A stretch of 19,954 bases of DNA from a virus (Duplodnaviria; Heunggongvirae; Uroviricota; Caudoviricetes). Shown here in pieces: positions 1-7,270 of this stretch. Position 1 is the first letter of the stretch; the number at the start of each line of letters is the position of its first letter. The notes under the pieces are model-generated. The model worked only from the letters and a program-made list of their open reading frames with translations. It searched no databases and was not told the origin of the DNA. The stretch is taken from IMG/VR virus record IMGVR_UViG_2534681899_000007; one strand, given 5' to 3'. Both the position numbers and the translations under genes were made by a program.

Positions 1-1284
1 TTACTTCTTCGCCTCTGCAACCACTTTACTACCCACGCCGCGGTTATTGTATTCCCACATGCGGTTGTAGTTAGTGTCATTCAGATTGCGCTGTATTTCG
101 TCGTTATCATCTACGCTGCCGGTATTACCCGCAAACGGACGATTAGAGATCACCGCATCGGCCCACGGTTTAGCCGTGTTAAAACCTTCGTTGATGGCGC
201 TATCACGGATCACCACCTGACCGTTGGTATTGGCATCAACATCCAGCGAGCGGCCCAGTTGCGCCACACCATCACCGAAAGCATTGAAACGGCTGTTTAC
301 GGCGAGGAAACCGTAGTAAATGTTGGACAGCGTAGCCGGTGCAAACACATACGCTTCTTGCTGAGTACGTGAGTTCACCACGCGGAATTCGGTGTTATCG
401 AACACCACTGCGCCGCGACCAGAAACGATATCCACATCCCCTTCAATGTAGCTGTTGGTCACCAGCGTACGCGGCTGACGGTTGGTTTCCAGACGGTTCT
501 GCACACCGCTGTTGGTGACAAAGAAGGTGTTCTGACGACCGAGAATGTTAACGTTGTTAATCTGTACCTGGTCACCATCAGTACGCAGTGCCACCGCCGG
601 ATGGTTACCTGCATCTACGCTATCGCCCAGCGTGTTTTCGATGGTCAGATTTTGCAGTTGCAGGCCATTGTTTTGTGACCAGAAGACCGCAGAGCAGAGA
701 ACACCGATACTGTCGCTGCGTTTGCTCTGGCAGCTATCGTACATATACCACGCTGGTTTACCTGGCATATATTTGCCGCGCGGGTTGACGTCGTGACGCC
801 AGTCGGCAGGGCTCATGCCACCATCAAGGGAAAGCCCAATCTTCACATCAATCGGTTTTTCACCTGTACCGTACAGAGTAATTCCACCCGGAGCGGCAGG
901 GACATATACCGTTCCCTGATACTCACCAGGCATCACGGCAATATACTGGCGCTTGTTGGTACGCTTGATAATTGCCGCATCTACCGCCGCCTGAATCGTG
1001 GTATGCGTTACACCTTGAGTGCCCGCCGGGCCGACAACAAAGTCAGGTTGCGCAGGCAGGGTAATCGGGGAAGGATTCCACGCTGCAGCACCTGGTGTCA
1101 GGGATGCAAAATAGTGTTGAGCATCGAAATTCTGCGCTTCTTTTGCCGACAGAATCGGGCGAGAAGAGGTACCAGGCGCGGTTTGATCAGAAGGACGTTG
1201 ATCGGGCGGGGTTGAGCTACAGGCGGTCAGCGTCACGCCAAAAGCCAATGCCAGCGCCAGACGGGAAACTGAAAATGTGTTCAC
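1..1284 (-). CDS. ybhC: YbhC-type outer-membrane lipoprotein (pectinesterase-like acyl-CoA thioesterase family); chromosomal gene flanking attB(lambda)
   Basis: Complete 427-aa ORF with an N-terminal signal peptide and lipobox (LTAC). The sequence is recognised as E. coli YbhC, which lies next to the lambda attachment site in the gal-bio interval. Confidence 0.88.
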   Translation of the reverse strand: MNTFSVSRLALALAFGVTLTACSSTPPDQRPSDQTAPGTSSRPILSAKEAQNFDAQHYFASLTPGAAAWNPSPITLPAQPDFVVGPAGTQGVTHTTIQAAVDAAIIKRTNKRQYIAVMPGEYQGTVYVPAAPGGITLYGTGEKPIDVKIGLSLDGGMSPADWRHDVNPRGKYMPGKPAWYMYDSCQSKRSDSIGVLCSAVFWSQNNGLQLQNLTIENTLGDSVDAGNHPAVALRTDGDQVQINNVNILGRQNTFFVTNSGVQNRLETNRQPRTLVTNSYIEGDVDIVSGRGAVVFDNTEFRVVNSRTQQEAYVFAPATLSNIYYGFLAVNSRFNAFGDGVAQLGRSLDVDANTNGQVVIRDSAINEGFNTAKPWADAVISNRPFAGNTGSVDDNDEIQRNLNDTNYNRMWEYNNRGVGSKVVAEAKK

Positions 1285-1330
1285 AGGTTGCTCCGGGCTA
1301 TGAAATAGAAAAATGAATCCGTTGAAGCCT

Positions 1331-1422
1331 GCTTTTTTATACTAAGTTGGCATTATAAAAAAGCATTGCTTATCAATTTGTTGCAACGAACAGGTCACTA
1401 TCAGTCAAAATAAAATCATTAT
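1331..1422. other. attL (B-O-P'): 15-bp core GCTTTTTTATACTAA (1331-1345) plus P' arm with IHF site and Int arm-type sites
   Basis: Exact lambda core sequence. Bacterial-type B half (CCTGC) lies to the left and phage P' sequence (GTTGGCATTATAAAAAAGCATTGCTTATCAATTTGTTGC) to the right. IHF-like TATCAATTTGTTG is at about 1370-1382; arm-type repeats CAGGTCACTAT, CAGTCAAAAT and AAAATCATTAT are at 1391-1422. Confidence 0.9.
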
Positions 1423-2489
1423 TTGATTTCAATTTTGTCCCACTCCCTGCCTCTGTCATCACGATACTGTGATGCCATGGTGTCCGACTTATGCCCGAGA
1501 AGATGTTGAGCAAATTTATCGCTTATCTGCTTCTCATAGAGTCTTGCAGACAAACTGCGCAACTCGTGAAAGGTTGGCGGATCCCCTTCGAAGGAGAGAC
1601 CTGATGCTTTTCGTGCGCGCATAAAATACCTTGATACTGTGCCGGATGAAAGCGGTTCACGACGAGTAGATGCAATTATGGTTTCTCCGCCAAGAATCTT
1701 TTTGCATTTATCAAGTGTTTCCTTCATTGATATCCCGAGAGCATCAACATGCAATGTTGTTGGGATGGCAATTTTTACTCCTGTTTTGCTTTGCTCGACA
1801 TAAAGATATCCATCTACGATATCAGACCACTTCATTTCGCATAAATCACCAACTCGTTGCCCGGTAACAACAGCCAGTTCCATTGCAAGTCTGAGCCAAC
1901 ATGGTGATGATTCTGCTGCTTGATAAATTTTCAGGTATTCGTCAGCTGTAAGTCTTGATCTCCTTACCTCTGATTTTGCTGCGCGAGTGGCAGCGACCGG
2001 GTTTGTTGTTATATGGCCTTCAGCTATTGCCTCTCGGAATGCATCGCTCAGTGTTGATCTGATTAACTTGGCTGACGCCGCTTTGCCCTCGTCTATGTAT
2101 CCATTGAGCATTGCCGCAATTTCTTTTGTGGTGATGTTTTCAAGTGGAGCATCAGGCAGACCCCTCCTTATTGCTTTAATTTTGCTCATGTAATTTATGA
2201 GTGTCTTCTGCTTGATTCCTCTGCTGGCGAGGATTTTTTCGTAGCGATCAAGCCATGAATGTAACGTAACAGAATTATCACTGTTGATTCTTGCTGTCAG
2301 AGGCTTGTGTTTGTGTCCTGAGAATAACTCAATGTTGGCCTGTATAGCTTCAGTTATTGCTATCCTCCTGTCTCGGCCTAATCCAAACTCTTTACCAGTC
2401 CTTGGGTCCCTGTAGCAGTAATATCCATTGTTTCTTATATAAAGGTTAGGGGGTAAATCCCGGCGCTCATGACTTCGCCTTCTTCCCAT
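1419..2489 (-). CDS. int: Integrase, tyrosine recombinase (lambda Int, essentially identical)
   Basis: 356-aa ORF beginning MGRRRSHERRDLPPNLYIRNNGYYCYRDP and ending RDDRGREWDKIEIK, matching lambda Int as recalled. Its 3' end overlaps the P' arm as in lambda. Confidence 0.97.
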   Translation of the reverse strand: MGRRRSHERRDLPPNLYIRNNGYYCYRDPRTGKEFGLGRDRRIAITEAIQANIELFSGHKHKPLTARINSDNSVTLHSWLDRYEKILASRGIKQKTLINYMSKIKAIRRGLPDAPLENITTKEIAAMLNGYIDEGKAASAKLIRSTLSDAFREAIAEGHITTNPVAATRAAKSEVRRSRLTADEYLKIYQAAESSPCWLRLAMELAVVTGQRVGDLCEMKWSDIVDGYLYVEQSKTGVKIAIPTTLHVDALGISMKETLDKCKKILGGETIIASTRREPLSSGTVSRYFMRARKASGLSFEGDPPTFHELRSLSARLYEKQISDKFAQHLLGHKSDTMASQYRDDRGREWDKIEIK

Positions 2490-2685
2490 TTCTGATCCTC
2501 TTCAAAAGGCTACCTGTTACTGGTCGATTTAAGTCAACCTTTACCGCTGATTCGTGGAACAGATACTCTCTTCCATCCTTAACCGGAGGAGGGAATATCC
2601 TGCATTCGCGCACCCATCGACGAACTGTTTCAAGGCTTCTTGGGCGTCGCTGGCGTGCGTTCCACTCCTGAAGTGTCAAGTACAT
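2467..2685 (-). CDS. xis: Excisionase (lambda Xis)
   Basis: 72-aa ORF MYLTLQEWNARQRRPRSLETVRRWVRECRIFPPPVKDGREY, matching lambda Xis. It overlaps the int start by 23 nt as in lambda. Confidence 0.95.
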   Translation of the reverse strand: MYLTLQEWNARQRRPRSLETVRRWVRECRIFPPPVKDGREYLFHESAVKVDLNRPVTGSLLKRIRNGKKAKS

Positions 2686-2708
2686 CGCAAAGTCTCCGCA
2701 ATTACACG

Positions 2709-2735
2709 CAAGAAAAAACCGCCATCAGGCGGTTT
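2709..2735 (-). terminator. Intrinsic terminator for leftward transcription, upstream of xis
   Basis: On the minus strand: 8-bp GC-rich stem (AAACCGCC / GGCGGTTT) with a 4-nt loop, followed by a T-run (TTTTTTCT). It overlaps the stop codon of the 55-aa ORF. Confidence 0.6.
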
Positions 2736-2892
2736 GGTGTTCTTTCAGTTCTTCAATTCGAATATTGGTTACGTCTGCATGTGCTATCTGCGCCCACAGC
2801 ATCCAGTGGGCATAGCAGTCGTTGATGTCCTCTGCTTCGATAACTCTGTTGAATGGTTCTCCATTCCATTCACCTGTGACTCGGAAGTGCAT
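2725..2892 (-). CDS. Small hypothetical protein (55 aa), not in the supplied ORF track
   Basis: Manually translated: MHFRVTGEWNGEPFNRVIEAEDINDCYAHWMLWAQIAHADVTNIRIEELKEHQTA. A GGAG Shine-Dalgarno lies 7 nt upstream of the ATG and the intrinsic terminator follows immediately. It sits between the accessory operon and xis. Confidence 0.45.
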   Translation of the reverse strand: MHFRVTGEWNGEPFNRVIEAEDINDCYAHWMLWAQIAHADVTNIRIEELKEHQTA

Positions 2893-3050
2893 TTATCATC
2901 TCCATAAAACAAAACCCGCCGTAGCGAGTTCAGATAAAAGAAATCCCCGCGAGTGCGAGGATTGTTATTGTCTTTTCTTCGTGCATTTGTCGCACTTTCG
3001 GCACCATCCAGATAGGCACATCCGTCCGCAATTAACACATATAGGCCACA

Positions 3051-3332
3051 TCATTTCTCCTCTTTTGGTTTATGAATCTGAATGGTCATGCCGCTTTGAG
3101 TGGTGACTACAATGACAGAACCAGGCTGAAGACTGTTAAGATTGAATGCTTCGTAAAACGAATCCAATGCCAGTGCTTTTTTATTCTTTCGGTTCCACCA
3201 ACGCCATCCCCTGCTACAGGCCATGTTGACAATCCACTGCCCACTCCTGTAAGCCATATAAAACCAGATGAGCAAAACCTGAAGGAATGCTATCCAGTCA
3301 ATAATCGTATATTTCGCGAAGGAGTACATCAC
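3051..3332 (-). CDS. Hypothetical protein (93 aa) with an N-terminal hydrophobic segment, probably membrane-anchored
   Basis: ORF in a tightly packed leftward operon; ATGA start/stop overlap with the upstream gene. Hydrophobic stretch IIDWIAFLQVLLIWFYMAY. Confidence 0.55.
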   Translation of the reverse strand: MMYSFAKYTIIDWIAFLQVLLIWFYMAYRSGQWIVNMACSRGWRWWNRKNKKALALDSFYEAFNLNSLQPGSVIVVTTQSGMTIQIHKPKEEK

Positions 3333-3718
3333 TTCACCTCCTGCTGTGGTGCTGCTGGCATTTCACGCCAGTGCGTAACTGAGTGCGGATCCGGATATTC
3401 GGTGCCATCATCCCAGCGATTGCCATTCCACATTGCAGACCACATCTCACCGTCTTCATACATGACCATTACCGGAATTAACTTATCCGGCATTCGCTCA
3501 CTACAGCTTATCCAACCATCCGGAGTTACCGGAGAGTTGCCAGATGGCTCGTTCAACTTGTAAGTTTGGCTTACAGGTTCGGCTTCCAGCGATGCCAGTG
3601 CGATACGAAACACATTGGCAAGCAGGCTGTCTGAAGATTGGTTATCGTGCGCCGGGTCGCTCAGGAAACCAGTGATGAATGATTTAATCTCCGCGCGTTC
3701 TTTGGTAATGGTGGTCAT
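3329..3718 (-). CDS. DUF551-like phage protein (129 aa)
   Basis: C-terminal region DGWISCSERMPDK...VTHWREMPAAP resembles the DUF551 signature common in lambdoid prophage early regions. Operon context supports it. Confidence 0.6.
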   Translation of the reverse strand: MTTITKERAEIKSFITGFLSDPAHDNQSSDSLLANVFRIALASLEAEPVSQTYKLNEPSGNSPVTPDGWISCSERMPDKLIPVMVMYEDGEMWSAMWNGNRWDDGTEYPDPHSVTHWREMPAAPQQEVK

Positions 3719-3719
3719 A

Positions 3720-4019
3720 TCACATCACCCTGAAGCCGTTGCATTTACGTAAGAAATCGCAGATATAGCCCTTCATTTTTTCATGCCAATCTCGATCATT
3801 CCCATTGCACCAACCATCAGGTGGAGTCCAGTTTTCTATCAGAGCAGCCATTTTCTTTGCTTTCGCCGGAGTAGCTGTTGCGGTATCGCAGTAATGACGA
3901 GTGTCAACAAACTTATCCATGCCATCGATATCAAGTACGCAAAACCATGTGTGATTCGGCATTTCAACAGATGGTATTTGTTGCCCACGTCGACGTTTAT
4001 CAATAAGACATACAGTCAT
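3720..4019 (-). CDS. Hypothetical protein (99 aa), Cys/His/Trp-rich
   Basis: ORF tightly packed in the leftward operon; start overlaps the stop of the upstream ORF (ATGA). No family recognised. Confidence 0.5.
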   Translation of the reverse strand: MTVCLIDKRRRGQQIPSVEMPNHTWFCVLDIDGMDKFVDTRHYCDTATATPAKAKKMAALIENWTPPDGWCNGNDRDWHEKMKGYICDFLRKCNGFRVM

Positions 4020-4561
4020 GGTTCCACCTTCTCTATTTGCTTAAGACCGTCTCTCACTGCATTAAGTACGCGTTCCAGATATTGGTATTTCGGGTTTGGT
4101 ATTGTTGGCCAGTTGGCATACCACGGATCATCACCAAAGAGATTCAGTAGTTTGTTACCGACGCCGAAACAGCAGCAGTTTTCTTTTACGTCATCGGCGT
4201 TTTCCGCCTCGTCCCACATTTCGCGAGCCAGTACGGCGTCGATTTCTCTCTCTCTTCGTAACTTTATGATTTCTGACTTCACGAAAAGCAGATTTGCATC
4301 GTTGTCATCGTCGACCGTGCTTAGCAGTTGAGGGTCGAAATTGTCGATTAGATAATCGTTGCTAACTCGCTTAATGAACGTCTGCACATCATCACCGCCC
4401 ATAGCAAACCAAGCCGCTGTCCACGCTTTTCCGTAGCAGGTGATGGTGATTCTTCCCTTTCCATGTTCGTAGTTTTCAATCATCACTCGAACCGGATCTA
4501 GTCGCTCTGCACCGGTTATAACGAATGACAACACATCAATCTTTTCAACCGTTACACTCAC
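4016..4561 (-). CDS. Hypothetical protein (181 aa) with acidic stretches (DDDNDAN, DEAENADD) and a CCC motif
   Basis: Long ORF in the operon frame pattern. No family recognised. The true start may be slightly downstream, as the first 17 nt overlap the upstream gene. Confidence 0.55.
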   Translation of the reverse strand: MSVTVEKIDVLSFVITGAERLDPVRVMIENYEHGKGRITITCYGKAWTAAWFAMGGDDVQTFIKRVSNDYLIDNFDPQLLSTVDDDNDANLLFVKSEIIKLRREREIDAVLAREMWDEAENADDVKENCCCFGVGNKLLNLFGDDPWYANWPTIPNPKYQYLERVLNAVRDGLKQIEKVEP

Positions 4562-4865
4562 TGATTGCCTCCTTTGCTGGGCTTTCTAGCTTCTGAGTGG
4601 TTGTATCAAACTCAAACAACTTAACCACGTCATCAAACAGGACATAATCGCCATCAGAATCTTCAGTCATGTCAGCGCCACAATCCTGACCGCACGAGTC
4701 GCAACCTCCCATATCAAGCTCGTATCGCTTCAGGTTTGCGATATTTGATAAATTCAGCGCCAGTACAGCCAGGTCATAAACCTCTTCGGCGGTATACCCT
4801 GCGCCATGCCCATACATTTCAATGCGGGATATGATTTCTTCTACCCGTTGTTTTGTGATCGTCAT
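4545..4865 (-). CDS. Small highly acidic hypothetical protein (106 aa) with a CxxCxxxC cluster
   Basis: About 22 Asp/Glu versus about 8 Lys/Arg. Cys cluster CDSCGQDC plus a C-terminal Cys. ATGA overlap with the upstream gene. Confidence 0.55.
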   Translation of the reverse strand: MTITKQRVEEIISRIEMYGHGAGYTAEEVYDLAVLALNLSNIANLKRYELDMGGCDSCGQDCGADMTEDSDGDYVLFDDVVKLFEFDTTTQKLESPAKEAISECNG

Positions 4866-5425
4866 TTTTGCTCACCTCCCTGTTCTTCCAGAAAAATACG
4901 CATAGCCTCAAGCATCTCTTCGGTGTCATACGGAGACAGCTTGTCACGCAGGATGTGTTCAATGCTGTTAATGAACTTTCGGATTGCTTTGCGTTCAATT
5001 TCAGTCAGGAAAGCATCGGTGGCTGGGGTGTCTGATTGCATAGACTTTGCGCGATAGTCATTCCACCCTCTTGCATACATGGGATTAACTTGCACTCCAT
5101 CTTTTACGCAATATGCCTGCCCTCCACGGTTGATAACCTTGATTTCGTCCATAGCGCCAGACTTCAGCCCAGCATTCTCCGCCGCCAGCGCCGAAAACTT
5201 CTCGTGAGCCAACTTAACAGCCGCATCAGCCTGCTTAATTGACTCAATCGCTTTCTGGTGGTCTTCGGACAGAGCCGAAATCTTGGCCTCCGCTTCAGCA
5301 AATTTACGCACCAGATATTCAGCGTTTGTTTCGTTAACCTTTAAATCTCGTGGGATGCATTTACCTTTCAGAAATCCATCCATCTCAATTAGTGACATTT
5401 GTTTCATTTCTTCCCACTCCGCCAC
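4862..5425 (-). CDS. Hypothetical protein (187 aa); N-terminal half looks helical/coiled-coil, possibly Ea22-like
   Basis: ORF in operon. Ala/Glu/Lys-rich heptad-like segment ([46 protein letters not shown]). The Ea22-like assignment is a guess. Confidence 0.5.
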   Translation of the reverse strand: MAEWEEMKQMSLIEMDGFLKGKCIPRDLKVNETNAEYLVRKFAEAEAKISALSEDHQKAIESIKQADAAVKLAHEKFSALAAENAGLKSGAMDEIKVINRGGQAYCVKDGVQVNPMYARGWNDYRAKSMQSDTPATDAFLTEIERKAIRKFINSIEHILRDKLSPYDTEEMLEAMRIFLEEQGGEQK

Positions 5426-5601
5426 ATTGCATTCAGATATTTGTTTTGATTTACTGATGGAAAAGAATTTCTCTTAAGCAATTCCTCTCTCGATGGCATT
5501 GGCTTTACGCGTTGGCGAATAATCATTTCTGCCGGAAGAATGCCGGGATTGTATGCAAGTCCTCTCATGGTAAATTCCTCAGTCATTACTGATAGCGCCA
5601 T
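5404..5601 (-). CDS. Small hypothetical protein (65 aa, possibly starting at an internal Met)
   Basis: ORF fills the gap between two operon genes but overlaps both neighbours by about 22 nt. Coding status uncertain. Confidence 0.35.
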   Translation of the reverse strand: MALSVMTEEFTMRGLAYNPGILPAEMIIRQRVKPMPSREELLKRNSFPSVNQNKYLNAMWRSGKK

Positions 5602-5875
5602 AGCGTGAGCGGTAATTACGCAGGCGCGGGTCGATATATTCAGGGAAGTGGGTATATGTGGCTTTGCGGAATGGTCGGATTGATGTTTCGTTTATTCGGT
5701 CTTTTTCCTGTTTTTCTGCGAGTTGTATATCGCGTCGGCACTTCCGTTCTTCTTTTGTTTCTGGTGGCAGAGCAAGAAACGCGTCGAGATTATTCTTGAT
5801 ATTTTCCAGCACCTCCGATACGGAATTGCCGGAACAGCGGCGCGGGTCATCCGCACCATACAGAGGCGCTGGCAT
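5579..5875 (-). CDS. Hypothetical protein (98 aa), basic
   Basis: ORF directly downstream of the exonuclease remnant in the same leftward orientation. No family recognised. Confidence 0.5.
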   Translation of the reverse strand: MPAPLYGADDPRRCSGNSVSEVLENIKNNLDAFLALPPETKEERKCRRDIQLAEKQEKDRINETSIRPFRKATYTHFPEYIDPRLRNYRSRYGAISND

Positions 5876-5891
5876 GGTTTTCTCCTGTTGA

Positions 5892-6164
5892 TTATTTAGC
5901 TAACTTTTTCCAGATCGCTGAAACGTATTTGGCTTGGTGAATGGCATCATCAAGCGCGTTGTGGCGAGTTCCTTTGAATGACATATCTCGCTTAGGGTCG
6001 AATCCTATTACCTTCCCAAGTTCGACGATTGTTCTTACGTCGCGGTCATTCCACCACTGCCACGGAACTGGCTGCCCTGTCAGCGAATAACTGTTTCGGA
6101 GAATAACGCAGTCAAATGATGCTCCATTCCCCCAAGCCGAAAGCAGACCGCAACGACCTCGCAA
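5892..6164 (-). pseudogene. DnaQ-like (DEDDh) 3'-5' exonuclease, C-terminal fragment (5'-truncated)
   Basis: Contains Exo II-like ([10 protein letters not shown]) and Exo III-like (HNALDDAIHQAKY) motifs, but the Exo I (DxE) region is absent. The upstream part of the ORF overlaps the helicase fragment on the opposite strand. Confidence 0.6.
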
Positions 6165-6553
6165 TTGCTCACATCTCCGGAAGCCTGAAGGCGATGGCGA
6201 AAGACCTGAAAACGCCGGTTATCTCCCTGAGTCAGCTTTCACGCGATGTTGAGAAGCGACCAAACAAACGCCCGACAAACGCAGATTTGCGTGATTCAGG
6301 AAGCATTGAACAGGACGCAGACTCAATCATCATGCTCTATCGGGAAGCTGTATATGACGAGAACAGTAGCGCCGCGCCATTTGCTGAAATCATTGTGACG
6401 AAAAACCGTTTTGGCTCACTTGGTACGGTTTACCAGCGGTTCTGCAACGGACACTTTGTTGCATGTGACCAGGATGAAGCCAGACAGATTTGCACAGCAT
6501 CAAATGCACCCGCTGCACGTGGAAGACGATATGCACAAGGGGCTGACGTATGA
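6116..6553 (+). pseudogene. DnaB-family replicative helicase, C-terminal fragment (5'-truncated)
   Basis: [45 protein letters not shown]...[16 protein letters not shown] matches the C-terminal RecA-like region of DnaB-type helicases (E. coli DnaB: [46 protein letters not shown]). The N-terminal roughly 300 aa are absent; an in-frame stop lies at 6104-6106. Confidence 0.75.
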
Positions 6554-6581
6554 CCGTCTACATCACTGAGATAATAACAGG

Positions 6582-6609
6582 GGCTATTTACACAGTAGCC
6601 CTTTTTTAT
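6582..6609 (+). terminator. Hairpin plus T-run (putative intrinsic terminator) at the helicase/terminase junction
   Basis: GGGCTA...TAGCCC stem followed by TTTTTTATT. Confidence 0.4.
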
Positions 6610-6637
6610 TGGATTAAGAACGAGGGGGATTCCTACG

Positions 6638-7270
6638 ATGGGTAGTGGTCGAATCTTCCAGATACCGGAAGAGACGATTAAGTGTCAGCCGTTCGAGTGT
6701 CCTGATCACTTCTACGTAATTGGTGGGATGGATTTTGGATGGGATCACCCACAGGCGCAGGTTCAGCTTTGGTGGGATAAGGACGCAGACACAATCTACG
6801 TTTCACGCGTGTGGAAGGCGAAAGAAAAAACAGCTGTTCAGGCATGGGGAGCTGTTAAATCATGGGCGCATAAAGTGCCAACCGCATGGCCTCATGACGG
6901 AAACCAGCATGAGAAGGGCGGCGGTGAGCAGCTCAAAGGGCAGTACGCGGACGCTGGTTTTATGATGTTGCAGGAGCATGCGACATGGCCTGATGGCGGT
7001 AACGCTGTGGAGCCTGGAATCACTGAATTGCGCGACATGATGCTTGATGGTCGCTTCAAAGTATTCAACACCTGTGAGCCATTCTTTGAGGAGTTCCGCC
7101 TCTATCACCGTGATGAAAACGGGAAGATCGTCAAGCTTAACGACGACGTGCTATCCGCCGTTCGCTATGCATACATGATGCGCCGCTTCGCCAAAATGAT
7201 GCGCGACATCAAAAAACCAAAAGAGAAAAAGATACCAGCCCCAATCAGGCCCATCGCACGGAGAACTTAA
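6638..7270 (+). pseudogene. Terminase large subunit, C-terminal nuclease-domain fragment (ATPase domain missing)
   Basis: 210-aa ORF with RNase-H-like nuclease-domain features (VIGGMDFGWDHP ... DDVLSAVRYAYMM). Its stop overlaps the portal start (TAAATG), as for P22 genes 2 and 1. An in-frame stop at 6596-6598 leaves no room for the ATPase domain. Confidence 0.7.

Noticed and set aside
545-1316. Plus-strand ORFs (83, 66, 140, 73 aa) inside the ybhC region
   Set aside because: They lie antisense to a well-supported 427-aa gene, have odd composition (Arg/Cys-rich) and no convincing start context; they are shadow ORFs.
2554-3106. Overlapping plus-strand ORFs (117, 61, 94 aa) and minus ORF 2784-3038 (84 aa) between xis and the accessory operon
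   Set aside because: They overlap each other and the better-supported minus-strand 55-aa ORF and terminator, and lack Shine-Dalgarno sequences; likely non-coding.
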